A stretch of DNA of 64,000 nucleotides from a virus (taxonomy: Duplodnaviria; Caudoviricetes): the IMG/VR virus record IMGVR_UViG_3300021962_000022, one strand, 5' to 3'. This document shows, piece by piece, positions 35,554 to 44,933 of the stretch. Under the pieces are notes generated by a model. The model ran no database searches, had not been told where the DNA came from, and saw only the letters and a list, made by a program, of their open reading frames with translations. The position numbers were made by a program, and so were the translations under genes. Each line of letters starts with the position of its first letter. The stretch's first letter is position 1.

Positions 35554-35928
35554 TTACATTTTTGTGAAATGGTCGACAACCATTCTTGCACTTGAGTAAT
35601 TTGTTGCGAGTGCAACTTCATGAACATCACAAACTCTCATTAACATTTGTACATCGGGTTCGTGTGGGTGTTTATCCAACGGGTCTCTAAAAAATATGAC
35701 CGCATCAATTTCTTTCCTTGATACCATGGACGCAATTTCCGCGTCTCCACCCATTGGTCCTGAGTTTACTTGTTCTACTTTGGTTACACCTGCAAACATA
35801 ATTCGTTTACCTGTTGTTCCTGTTGCGACAATGTCAACATCGTTTCGATTGAAGAAATCTAATCTCTTCATTACAAAGGCAACCATGTCTGCCTTTTTTC
35901 CATCGTGTGCTATTAATGCTATTTTCAT
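35554..35928 (-). CDS. mgsA: methylglyoxal synthase
   Basis: IALIAHDGKK, ATGTTG, SGPMGGD, FFRDPL...HEPD...R.CDVH...ATN motifs. Confidence 0.95.
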   Translation of the reverse strand: MKIALIAHDGKKADMVAFVMKRLDFFNRNDVDIVATGTTGKRIMFAGVTKVEQVNSGPMGGDAEIASMVSRKEIDAVIFFRDPLDKHPHEPDVQMLMRVCDVHEVALATNYSSARMVVDHFTKM

Positions 35929-35930
35929 AA

Positions 35931-36398
35931 TTAAAAAAGGAATAATTTACCACCAACTGTGAAGAATGGTTTTTCTGTTTGATAAAATGAGAATGTGATA
36001 AAGAAGGGATTTGATACTCTTAGATTCGCCGAGGTCTTCAACATAAACTTATTATCATTGTTCATGGAATACCCGACACCACCATTTAAAACTAACCATC
36101 TGTAATCTTTATTAGTGTAAACATAATTTAAACCAACATAAATCTCTTCAGGTCTACCATTAATTGTTAAAATTTTAGGACTAAATAAATTCAATTCGGC
36201 CATTATCTTACCATAACCAACACCGATGTTTGCATTACTTCTATCTTTCGCGAATTCATATCCCACTGAATAGTACATTGAATTGCCTCGGGGTCCATAA
36301 GACAACGTATAATTGAAGATTCTTTCAGGTATTCGTAATCCCTGAGCATATGTGTTGTTCAATAATATCACACACAGTATTGTTAAGATATTTCTCAT
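35931..36398 (-). CDS. putative small outer-membrane beta-barrel protein
   Basis: signal peptide (..TYAQ), alternating aromatic/Gly strands, C-terminal Phe. Confidence 0.5.
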   Translation of the reverse strand: MRNILTILCVILLNNTYAQGLRIPERIFNYTLSYGPRGNSMYYSVGYEFAKDRSNANIGVGYGKIMAELNLFSPKILTINGRPEEIYVGLNYVYTNKDYRWLVLNGGVGYSMNNDNKFMLKTSANLRVSNPFFITFSFYQTEKPFFTVGGKLFLF

Positions 36399-36416
36399 TT
36401 TTTTATGATTTGTATA

Positions 36417-36448
36417 CAAATATATGTACAATATTTGAGATATACAAA
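36417..36448 (-). promoter_or_regulatory. Bacteroidota-type promoter
   Basis: minus strand TTTG-N20-TATATTTG. Confidence 0.8.
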
Positions 36449-36510
36449 TTTTTTAATAAAAAAAAAGAGGGACCGAAATCCCCCTTATTTGTTGATTGAT
36501 TATTAATCAA

Positions 36511-37569
36511 TTACCAATTCACTTCCGCAGATTCAGTTGGTCCGTCGTAATCTGATACTGACGGACCTCTTTCTTCTGATACCATCCCTCCACTCATTTC
36601 ATAATTTCTTCTATCGTACACTCTTTCATCTTGTGGTGCAAACTCTTCAGTGGGTGATTCCATAATAGATTCTTCCCTTTCATCGTCGGTGTCTTCCATA
36701 ATCATTCCTCTTCGAAAATCGGCCATTGGTTGTACCTCATTTACTAGCTCACCCATCTTCTGGTAACTTTTAATCAACGATTCTTCTTTATTTTTATCCT
36801 CGTCGCTAAGTAATGAATAATTAGTATGGGTATTGTTTTTAACTTCATTTCGAATCATATCTAAAATGAAATCTGGAAGTTCACTTTCAAGAGAATCAAT
36901 ACGAGAATCAGTTTGATTCCAAAATGAAAATTCAGGTTCTGAATCAAGTGATTTAAAACAAGCCACTTTCAATCCTGTTATTTTGTTAATCATATAAATC
37001 AAGATACCTCTTTTAGAATATCTTAAAAAGTAATCAGGATTATTTTCTGACGATGTGCACCACTTGGTGGACGAACCATATTTTTTTGATGCGTGAAAAG
37101 TTAGAGGTCTCAAAACAATCCATTCATCAGATGAATAAATAGTTTGGATTTGTTTCTCCAAATCTTTCTCATACGCTTTAATTTCTGCCAAACTCGTTGC
37201 AGTCATTACATCATCAAATCCTTTGAATTTAGATAAATCGTTTTCTTTGATTAGTCCCCTTTCGTTGTAATCACAAAATTTTTGAAAGGTTTTTAAATCC
37301 GAGAAATTGAAGTTCATCTCTAAAAATCTATACGCGGTGTACAGTTGGAAGGGTGTCATCTCCTCAAATTTATCTCTTGTAACTCCTAATTCCCTTTCGA
37401 AGTTTTCACGAATTTCTTCCACATATCTTTCAATATGTTTTGTGTTTTTAGAAAGTCTTAAAAGAAATTCAATGTACTTTGTTTTACCCTCAGGGCATAA
37501 AACTTTAAAGACATCAACCATGTTTATGTTGTTGTCAGGATGTTGTTTAAGTTCTTTAATTCTTGACAT
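36511..37569 (-). CDS. conserved phage protein (ASKKYG..TKWCT family, PcfJ-related region)
   Basis: PLTFHASKKYGSSTKWCTS motif; acidic tail. Confidence 0.65.
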   Translation of the reverse strand: MSRIKELKQHPDNNINMVDVFKVLCPEGKTKYIEFLLRLSKNTKHIERYVEEIRENFERELGVTRDKFEEMTPFQLYTAYRFLEMNFNFSDLKTFQKFCDYNERGLIKENDLSKFKGFDDVMTATSLAEIKAYEKDLEKQIQTIYSSDEWIVLRPLTFHASKKYGSSTKWCTSSENNPDYFLRYSKRGILIYMINKITGLKVACFKSLDSEPEFSFWNQTDSRIDSLESELPDFILDMIRNEVKNNTHTNYSLLSDEDKNKEESLIKSYQKMGELVNEVQPMADFRRGMIMEDTDDEREESIMESPTEEFAPQDERVYDRRNYEMSGGMVSEERGPSVSDYDGPTESAEVNW

Positions 37570-37595
37570 ATTGATTATTTTTGGTTTGTTATTAA

Positions 37596-38261
37596 TTAAT
37601 AAAATTTACGAAGTAATTCAATTACGTCCCAAGCATCTTCAAGTGCATTGTGTGTAACAATTCCTTCGATGTTTGCCCGTTCTTTACATTTGGTTAATGA
37701 TGGTAAAGCATTATCCTCAGACCAGTTTACAAATAATATTGATGGGTCTATAATCCTCTGACGAGTTCTAATTAATTTTTTCCACCACGGAAGTTCTTCA
37801 AGGAATAACTTATCAAATGTTCCAAAGTTTTTACCAGCAACATTTAATGTAATTGGTGGGGTGTTGCCACCGAATACAGGAAATGGAACACCATCAACAA
37901 TCCTTACTGTCTTTAACATATCAATGTGCATCATATAACCATTAGCCCATAAAAAGTCATAGAACTTTTGGACAACCTCCTCTTCAGTATAAAATACATA
38001 ATCGGTATGATTGTTCATGTTTGCCTTAGTTTCATCGTCACCTTCTAAATAATCCCCCATCATTCCAATGATTTGTTTATTCATTGTTATTGCTCTTGGT
38101 GAACCTTGAATATTGTGTTGAAGAATTATTGCATTGAATTTTGGTAATTCCTCATAGGGTAATTTCTTTTCGGTATCCTCAATAATGGCACCAATAGATA
38201 AGATATTATTCATATCAGGATTCAAACCTGACGTTTCAATATCGATACTTACGTATTTCAT
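37596..38261 (-). CDS. DEDDh 3'-5' exonuclease family protein
   Basis: IDIETSG, GKNFGTFD and HNALEDA motifs. Confidence 0.85.
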   Translation of the reverse strand: MKYVSIDIETSGLNPDMNNILSIGAIIEDTEKKLPYEELPKFNAIILQHNIQGSPRAITMNKQIIGMMGDYLEGDDETKANMNNHTDYVFYTEEEVVQKFYDFLWANGYMMHIDMLKTVRIVDGVPFPVFGGNTPPITLNVAGKNFGTFDKLFLEELPWWKKLIRTRQRIIDPSILFVNWSEDNALPSLTKCKERANIEGIVTHNALEDAWDVIELLRKFY

Positions 38262-38449
38262 TAATCAAACATTTTAACAAATACAACAATCAGGGCGATT
38301 AAAAAGATAAGAGCAAAACCTCCCCATAATGGTGCAGTTACCCACCACCAAGACCAATCAATATAATTGGTTAATTTTAAAGTCATTAGAATTAAAAACA
38401 TCAGACCGAAGAATCCTACTCCTCCTGATGATGAACTGTTATCCGACAT
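38261..38449 (-). CDS. small membrane protein
   Basis: GGVGFFGL...LKLT..IDWSWWWV.APLW, conserved phage pattern. Confidence 0.8.
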   Translation of the reverse strand: MSDNSSSSGGVGFFGLMFLILMTLKLTNYIDWSWWWVTAPLWGGFALIFLIALIVVFVKMFD

Positions 38450-38925
38450 TAGTATAAATTATATTTTTCTTTTAATGTTTTGATTGTTTCTGCCGCTGAA
38501 GTGTGAACAATCCCCTCACCACCATTCCCAATCCAACCATCGATATTATCTTTTCTATCATCAATTAGAATAGAGTTGGGTGACGCAAAATCTTTTTTGT
38601 GTTTTGCACTTCTTAAAATCAATGGTACTCCAGGTAACTCACGATTTACCCAATCGACTTTACCAACGCGGGAGTCGTTTTGTCTTGATGGTGCCGATAA
38701 AATTGTTGGGTTGTATTTTGATATGTGGTCCCATAAATCATGTCCATCAGACAACCATTTAAGGTTTATCCAAAAATCATAACCAGCTTTTTCAATTGGT
38801 GACCAAAATTGAGCATCACTACGGTGCTCGTCTTTGTTTAATTCAATACCGGTAAGGTCTTTATAACCTTGATTAAAGTCAACAAGAACTCCGTCTAAAT
38901 CACAAAATATACGATACTCCGTCAT
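38449..38925 (-). CDS. HAD-family 5'(3')-deoxyribonucleotidase
   Basis: FCDLDGVLVDF, ILSAP and LIDD motifs. Confidence 0.85.
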   Translation of the reverse strand: MTEYRIFCDLDGVLVDFNQGYKDLTGIELNKDEHRSDAQFWSPIEKAGYDFWINLKWLSDGHDLWDHISKYNPTILSAPSRQNDSRVGKVDWVNRELPGVPLILRSAKHKKDFASPNSILIDDRKDNIDGWIGNGGEGIVHTSAAETIKTLKEKYNLY

Positions 38926-38991
38926 ATGAAAGTTTTATATGACAAGTATACAAATAAAATCTAAAAATAAAAAATTTACGAAAAGATATTT

Positions 38992-39330
38992 TTAATAATC
39001 ATCTTCCTCGTTCTCATCATCGATGTCATCCTCATAATAATCATCCTCTTCATCTGTGATTTCATCCTCATCCAATTCATCTAATTCTAACTCACCGTAT
39101 AGTGCTTCGTAAACCATATCTTCGGTTAACCAATTTGGTAATTCATCAACTTCATTGTTTGGTTCATATGACTTAATATCGACCTCGTCGTTATTGATAA
39201 ATAAATTATCCTCATCGTATGAATCGTCTTTATTTATGTGCTCATATGTTACGAATAACTCAAACTCCTCGTCAGTATCAGGATGAAAGACAGTAATAGT
39301 TCGAGTATTTAGTCCTTTTTTGTTTCCCAT
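38992..39330 (-). CDS. highly acidic protein
   Basis: Asp/Glu-dominated sequence with a poly-acidic tail. Confidence 0.7.
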   Translation of the reverse strand: MGNKKGLNTRTITVFHPDTDEEFELFVTYEHINKDDSYDEDNLFINNDEVDIKSYEPNNEVDELPNWLTEDMVYEALYGELELDELDEDEITDEEDDYYEDDIDDENEEDDY

Positions 39331-39356
39331 TTTTATTTTGAAATATTTATTATTAT

Positions 39357-39866
39357 ATGTTTAAGTATATATCTGAAATATTATCAAAATTCACACAGAG
39401 GCAAAGAATTGTGGCTCTGTCTATTTTGTTAATATCAATTATAATTATATCGGTTGGACCCAAAATCACCGAGTCATTAACATATAACGACGAAGAACTA
39501 AAACTAAGGATTGAATCACAAAACAATCAGATAGGTGAATTAAATAAAAGGGTTAATGAATTGAATCTACAGGTAATTTCAAATCAAAGAGAGTGTACAA
39601 ACGAGATTGTTAGAAGAGAAACTGAAATATTACAAATGTTGACAGACATTGAAACGCATACCAATAAAATGAAAAACGAGACAAGAATTTTAAATTCAAT
39701 GTCTCGTAGAACAGTTCAAATATCTTCAGAAGATACTTTGGAAAGAGTTATGGCTATGGTTCCTCAATCAAATACCACGACGATTATTGAAAATAAACGT
39801 GATGAGAAGTTGATTGGAATGATTAAGAAATTAAAGAAGAAAGTATCTGACGATATTAAACAATAA
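39357..39866 (+). CDS. membrane-anchored coiled-coil protein (possibly spanin/lysis related)
   Basis: one TM helix then a long coiled coil; TATTTATT upstream. Confidence 0.6.
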   Translation: MFKYISEILSKFTQRQRIVALSILLISIIIISVGPKITESLTYNDEELKLRIESQNNQIGELNKRVNELNLQVISNQRECTNEIVRRETEILQMLTDIETHTNKMKNETRILNSMSRRTVQISSEDTLERVMAMVPQSNTTTIIENKRDEKLIGMIKKLKKKVSDDIKQ

Positions 39867-40091
39867 TTACTTAGTTCCTAAGATTTCACCCGTTTCAATG
39901 TCGGTTACGTAAATTTTACCGTCGTCACCTTTACCAATTGCAATTTTTCTATCAACCTCAACATTATCTTCATCACTTGGTGTAACATCACCTTGCATAT
40001 CGTTATCTAAATTTTCCAACTCAGATTCACTTATTGTTCTTTTTACGATATTTTCTAAATCTTTGATTGATAATTTTACTACTTTTTTCAT
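39867..40091 (-). CDS. putative virion/late protein with LxE-type leader
   Basis: MKKVVKLSIKDLENIVKRTISE leader; TATTTATA upstream. Confidence 0.7.
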   Translation of the reverse strand: MKKVVKLSIKDLENIVKRTISESELENLDNDMQGDVTPSDEDNVEVDRKIAIGKGDDGKIYVTDIETGEILGTK

Positions 40092-40125
40092 TTTTTCTTT
40101 TATCTATAAATATCTTATCTAAACA

Positions 40126-40153
40126 AAAAACCCCTCTTTCGAGGGGTTCCTTT
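40126..40153 (-). terminator. intrinsic terminator
   Basis: AACCCCTC-TTTC-GAGGGGTT flanked by an A-run. Confidence 0.8.
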
Positions 40154-40299
40154 TATTTAATACCTATCATGGTATTATTCTTATCACCTAACATGGTTTC
40201 GGGTAATCCAGCATCGATTCTCTCACATGAGAAAAATAGTACTGTTAATAAAAGGAATCCTGAGATTCCAAAAATGATTCTTCTAATAAATGGGTCCAT
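40153..40299 (-). pseudogene. probable internally deleted SPFH/band-7 gene (48 aa remnant)
   Basis: MDPFIRRIIFGISGFLLLTVLFFSCERIDAG|LPETMLGDKNNTMIGIK joins SPFH-like N- and C-termini. Confidence 0.55.
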
Positions 40300-40302
40300 A
40301 AT

Positions 40303-40632
40303 CTATTTTTTTTGTTTTTTTGTTTCTTTAGGGGTTCTTTTTTTTGTTTGTTTTTTTGGTGGAATATAATCTAGTTCCGTTTCGGGAGTTTTGTTTGGGT
40401 CGGGGGTAAATAACTCAAAAGGTTCGTTATTAAAGTATGCGTATCTGACGTAATAAAACAAGAACATCAAAGTCATCACACCCCACAGGGCGGATAAAAT
40501 ATTGATAATCGTGTTATCAATAGTTAATCCCGGAAAGATTAAAAAATGAAACATGATGACAACAAAGAATCCGATTAAAAAACTCATCATGAGTCTTGAT
40601 TTAATCATGGTTGTAAAAATTTTATTAAACAT
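40303..40632 (-). CDS. membrane protein
   Basis: two TM helices and a basic tail. Confidence 0.7.
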   Translation of the reverse strand: MFNKIFTTMIKSRLMMSFLIGFFVVIMFHFLIFPGLTIDNTIINILSALWGVMTLMFLFYYVRYAYFNNEPFELFTPDPNKTPETELDYIPPKKQTKKRTPKETKKQKK

Positions 40633-40677
40633 GTTTAGTGTTATTAAAGTATAAACAATTATTTTTAATTTACAAAA

Positions 40678-41331
40678 TTACCCAACAACATTTTGCATAT
40701 CATCCATGTGATGGTCGAGGGGACCTAACTCAGAACCAATTTCTCGTTTCTTCAACATGTTGATTACCTCAAGTAAATCGTAGGGTGCAAAATCAGGGTT
40801 ACCATCCATACCAATATCCATACGACGACCGTTACTAATCTTGGCGTGGTTAGGTAAGTGACAATGTCCATGTAAGTGAATGCGTCCTTTACGTAGATTA
40901 TTCCAACTTGATATTGGATAATGACAACACTCAATCGTCTCACCCATATATTCAAATTGTTGGAACCATTGAACTGACTGAAACAAACTTTGACATCCTT
41001 GTCGATTCCTATCAATATGGTGGTCGTGGTTTCCTAAAACCAAATGAATGTTCTGACAAACAATTCGATTCCTAAATTCCTCAATATTTTCAAACCCACC
41101 AAACGACCAGTCACCTAAATGAATTAATATATCATCTTGACCAACAAGTCCGTTGATGTTATTAACGATTGATGCGTTCATGGTTTCAATTGTTGGGAAA
41201 TCCCTTGTTTGTTCAATGGGAACTGAACCATCAGGCATTCTCCAATTAGTCACGCCTCGACATATGTTTTTGTGACTGTAATGTGTGTCGGATGTAATCC
41301 AAACTTTTTTATCTTTATCTAACTTTATCAT
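40678..41331 (-). CDS. calcineurin-like metallophosphoesterase
   Basis: SDTHYSH, HLGD, GNHD, CHYP and HGHCH motifs. Confidence 0.9.
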   Translation of the reverse strand: MIKLDKDKKVWITSDTHYSHKNICRGVTNWRMPDGSVPIEQTRDFPTIETMNASIVNNINGLVGQDDILIHLGDWSFGGFENIEEFRNRIVCQNIHLVLGNHDHHIDRNRQGCQSLFQSVQWFQQFEYMGETIECCHYPISSWNNLRKGRIHLHGHCHLPNHAKISNGRRMDIGMDGNPDFAPYDLLEVINMLKKREIGSELGPLDHHMDDMQNVVG

Positions 41332-41332
41332 A

Positions 41333-41833
41333 TCAACTAAATTCTGTCGATGTACTTACTCTAAGTCCATCAATTATTAAATCATCGTATTTCTCATTAT
41401 CCAACCAAAACATACCGTGACCCTTGGCTCTCTCCGCTCTACGGTATTCTTCATTCACTACTAAACCATCTGGTTGACCCCATTCGAGTGCCATGATAAT
41501 GAATTCTTCAACATCCCACTCTTGACCATATTCATCAACAACTCTACCTGAACGGATAAAAGAAAGGAGTTCTTCCTTATTTGAATAGTGTTTATTCTCA
41601 TGGAAATTCCAACAAAACTTCCAACCACCACTTCGTTTACCTAAATGAATGTTTGTACCTTCAAGAAAATCATCCCACACGGAACTCGATTCCCACGAAT
41701 TTTCTTTGGGGAATGAAAATCTCCTTTCAATATTTGATGGGGTTAACTCAAGTTTAGTAACCTCCTCTATCAATTTTTGTTTACGAGATTCTATTTCACT
41801 CGCCAACGGTATTCTGTAATAATTCGTTCCCAT
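41333..41833 (-). CDS. conserved phage hypothetical protein
   Basis: MGTNYY...IHLGKRSGGWKF...I.DEYG motifs. Confidence 0.8.
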   Translation of the reverse strand: MGTNYYRIPLASEIESRKQKLIEEVTKLELTPSNIERRFSFPKENSWESSSVWDDFLEGTNIHLGKRSGGWKFCWNFHENKHYSNKEELLSFIRSGRVVDEYGQEWDVEEFIIMALEWGQPDGLVVNEEYRRAERAKGHGMFWLDNEKYDDLIIDGLRVSTSTEFS

Positions 41834-41840
41834 ACGAGAA

Positions 41841-41871
41841 CAAAGATATGAAATATTTTGTGATATACAAA
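41841..41871 (-). promoter_or_regulatory. Bacteroidota-type promoter
   Basis: minus strand TTTG-N19-TATCTTTG. Confidence 0.8.
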
Positions 41872-41919
41872 AAAATCCAAAAAAAAATCCCGATTTCTCG
41901 GGATTCCTTTTAATTTCTA

Positions 41920-43110
41920 TTATTTGATTACTTTTTGAACTACTCTCTGAACCAATTTCTTTTTAATAGATTCATTTAGTTCATCACCTCGGTTACCAAT
42001 TTGGTATCTTTTCACGGTTGCTGCTTTTAAAGTATCTTTCGGGTTTAACGCAATAACTTGTGTTTTTAAATCTTCGATTGCTTGTACCAAAGCGTCAACA
42101 ACTTCTTTATTGTCCATCACGGTATAATTTTCATTAAATTCGGTACCCGGTCTAAGTTGGGCGGTTGACGATGATTGTATTAGTTTATCATCTAAAAAAC
42201 CACCTTTCAATCCACTCTCATCTTCAAGTTTTTTACCCAATTTAGAAACCATTCTTACATTCCATGTGTAACTATTATCTCCAATTGGTTCACCTGTGAT
42301 TTGAAAATCCATTCTTATCGTAACATCTAAATTGTCTTGCTCTAACCCATATGCATCTAACATATACTTTTCGGTTTTACCCGCGTATTGTTTTAACATT
42401 TTCTTATCCGCTCTCCAATTGTTGTACGTTGTATTATATTGACGAGCCATGTAGAAAGTTTTCATCTCAGGTGTTTCTTTACCCTGAACACGAGCAATGG
42501 CTGCAGTTAAGAAATCTTTAGCTGACGCGTATGCGTTATTGTTGTGTGTAGAATATTCAATTTTTTGATTTGTAAATTTACCGTACTGGTTCACGTTTGA
42601 CCTATCTCTAGCAATGACCGCGGGAATACTTCTTTTATTTAACTCCTGAGCAAAGGATTCATCTTCTAAATTACGTGCAATAACATCAAAGAATCTTCTT
42701 TTAATCTTTTCAGATTCACCCATTTTTTCACCAGTTGGTTTGTAACCACCCTCAACATATTTCTCAATCGGTCTGTGGTATTTTCCACGTTTACATGCCG
42801 CCAATTGTGGTTCTAAGTTATGAAGGGCTTGAATGCTATCTAACCATGCTTGGTTTGCATTTTTAAAATCCTCCAATTCTTGACAATCTAAAGGTACTAC
42901 TAATATTTCGGCTCCTGGTTGTAAGGTTGGATTTGCAACCCAATAATCGGGAATATCCGTATCATTATCTTCTTTAAAAAATGGTTTGTATTTGACCATT
43001 TTACCCTTATCGTCTCTTACACCCTTTTGTTTGTATGCCATCTCTTCTACGTCAGAAATGTAGGATTCAGAGATTATACGTCTTAAATATTTTTCAGTTA
43101 ATTTATCCAT
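41920..43110 (-). CDS. putative virion/late protein with LxE-type motifs at both ends
   Basis: MDKLTEKYLRRIISE...; C-terminal LNESIKKKLVQRVVQKVIK; TATTTATA upstream. Confidence 0.75.
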   Translation of the reverse strand: MDKLTEKYLRRIISESYISDVEEMAYKQKGVRDDKGKMVKYKPFFKEDNDTDIPDYWVANPTLQPGAEILVVPLDCQELEDFKNANQAWLDSIQALHNLEPQLAACKRGKYHRPIEKYVEGGYKPTGEKMGESEKIKRRFFDVIARNLEDESFAQELNKRSIPAVIARDRSNVNQYGKFTNQKIEYSTHNNNAYASAKDFLTAAIARVQGKETPEMKTFYMARQYNTTYNNWRADKKMLKQYAGKTEKYMLDAYGLEQDNLDVTIRMDFQITGEPIGDNSYTWNVRMVSKLGKKLEDESGLKGGFLDDKLIQSSSTAQLRPGTEFNENYTVMDNKEVVDALVQAIEDLKTQVIALNPKDTLKAATVKRYQIGNRGDELNESIKKKLVQRVVQKVIK

Positions 43111-43154
43111 AAGAATAATTTCTTTACCTATAAATACAAACAAAAACAGAATTG

Positions 43155-43379
43155 TTAATACTTACCTGACAATCTTCTAACTTTTTCACCTAACTCCATA
43201 TTGTTAGGTGTATTCTTAATTAACTCCATTGGGATTAACACAGTTTCGGTACTCTCGTAATCGTGACATTTTCGACACAATTGACCTAATCCTTCAATGT
43301 ATCCAAATCTTAAGTTGATGTTTGTTTCAAAGTCATATGGTGTCTCAACACCACACATTACACAGGTATCTTTAGCCAT
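43155..43379 (-). CDS. small zinc-finger protein
   Basis: CVMC...YIEG.GQLCRKC motif. Confidence 0.75.
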   Translation of the reverse strand: MAKDTCVMCGVETPYDFETNINLRFGYIEGLGQLCRKCHDYESTETVLIPMELIKNTPNNMELGEKVRRLSGKY

Positions 43380-43427
43380 AAAAATTATTTTTATAGAAAG
43401 GTATGTAAAAAAAAGTAAAAAGTAAAA

Positions 43428-44882
43428 TTATGCCAATGCCTTTATTTTAGGGCTAGCACCTCTCTCATATCCATCAACAACCTTAGCAACTAAATCACCG
43501 GTACCCCATGTTTTTAGAGATGGACATTTAGCAATTTCAGCCGCACCAATATCATTAACTAAACCCTCAACAATACAACTATAAAGACCATTTTTCAGTG
43601 TCTTAATGGTCGCGGTCATTCCATCCTCTAATGTTTGGTAGTTTTTAACTCCGACACTATTGGCGTTTGTTGAACCCGGTAAATTCCAAGTGGTATTAAA
43701 TGGATTATACTGTCCACCCGAACCTTCAGATTGTCTCCATGCGTATAGAAATTTTAAATTTTCTTCACTTACAGGTGCACCAAGATTTTCAAGTAACTTA
43801 CTATAGAAATTAATATCTGTTAAACCATCAAGATTTATTTTATCGTTTATAACTGGTCGGTCAATGTATTTTTTTAAATCTTCTGATGTAACACCTTTTT
43901 CTTTTACTTTACCTAATAAGACTTTGACATCTTCAGGTGTCATAACTGAACCCGTTCCCGCAACAAGTGATTCTAATTCCGCATCCGATGCTCCTGAGTT
44001 ATTCGATACGTGAAGGTGATTAAAGTGGTTACCACCAGTGTTAGTTTGCCACAAAACCGCTTTATTGTTACCACTTTCAGTATTCCAAGTGTAACCTAAT
44101 TTAACTAACGCGTCTTTGAGTAAATTACCTTTTTCTCTGAAACTTGGATTTCCATTGGTTTCATTGGATGCTTTATTGGAACCTTGACCATCTAATATTG
44201 AGATGTCTACCGCTGTTTGAGTCATGTGACGACTTTTTCGACCTGATTTTGTAAAAAATCCATGACCTGATTTTGCGGTGGTTATTGTTGCAATTACACC
44301 GGCAGCTTCGGCGGCCTTTTGTAAATCATCTAAAAGTGATTTGTTTACCTCATCGTATTGTGTCCCGTCCGTATCAAATTTCACATTTGGGTACGACGTG
44401 TCATCTAACTGAATCATTTCTAATTTTTCTTTAATTAATTGAAAATCTTCAAGTATTGAAACAAGAATTGATTCGGTAATTGGTTCTGATTTTTTATCTA
44501 ATTTGTTATCTTTTTTGAATTGTGAAATAGCGTTAGCGGTCTCTGGACCATATTTACCGTCCACACCATATTTTGGTAATTCATACCCTAATAGTACTAA
44601 TGCAATTTGAACTGACTCAACCTCTTTTTGGAATTCGTAATTACCTGCGGTCTGTTGATTTAAATTGTCTTTGACATTCTCTAATGTTGAGAAGAATTGT
44701 TTTACATCATCAGAAACCAAATCGGCTTTTTTAGGGTCGTCAACTTTTTTAGTATTTTTCTCATCACCCTTTAGACCGACTTTTTTTAATAAATCATCTA
44801 AAAAATTTTCTGAAATGGCGTTTTTATTACCACTCACTTCATGAAATCTTTTTATTTCCTCAATTAAACTAGGTTTTTTCAT
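43428..44882 (-). CDS. modular peptidoglycan hydrolase (PG-binding + M15-like peptidase + lysozyme-like)
   Basis: VQIAL..LGY....GVDG.YGPET..AI..F; SRH...AVDI...HFNHLHVS; WRQSEG...NPFNTT...NY. Confidence 0.8.
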   Translation of the reverse strand: MKKPSLIEEIKRFHEVSGNKNAISENFLDDLLKKVGLKGDEKNTKKVDDPKKADLVSDDVKQFFSTLENVKDNLNQQTAGNYEFQKEVESVQIALVLLGYELPKYGVDGKYGPETANAISQFKKDNKLDKKSEPITESILVSILEDFQLIKEKLEMIQLDDTSYPNVKFDTDGTQYDEVNKSLLDDLQKAAEAAGVIATITTAKSGHGFFTKSGRKSRHMTQTAVDISILDGQGSNKASNETNGNPSFREKGNLLKDALVKLGYTWNTESGNNKAVLWQTNTGGNHFNHLHVSNNSGASDAELESLVAGTGSVMTPEDVKVLLGKVKEKGVTSEDLKKYIDRPVINDKINLDGLTDINFYSKLLENLGAPVSEENLKFLYAWRQSEGSGGQYNPFNTTWNLPGSTNANSVGVKNYQTLEDGMTATIKTLKNGLYSCIVEGLVNDIGAAEIAKCPSLKTWGTGDLVAKVVDGYERGASPKIKALA

Positions 44883-44933
44883 TATAAAACATTCTATATT
44901 TTTATAAATATCCCAATCTAATGAAATATGTGG

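Noticed and set aside
39357-39866. Firm holin/spanin call
   Set aside because: TM plus coiled coil fits an i-spanin, but no adjacent or embedded o-spanin lipoprotein was found, so it is left as low-confidence.
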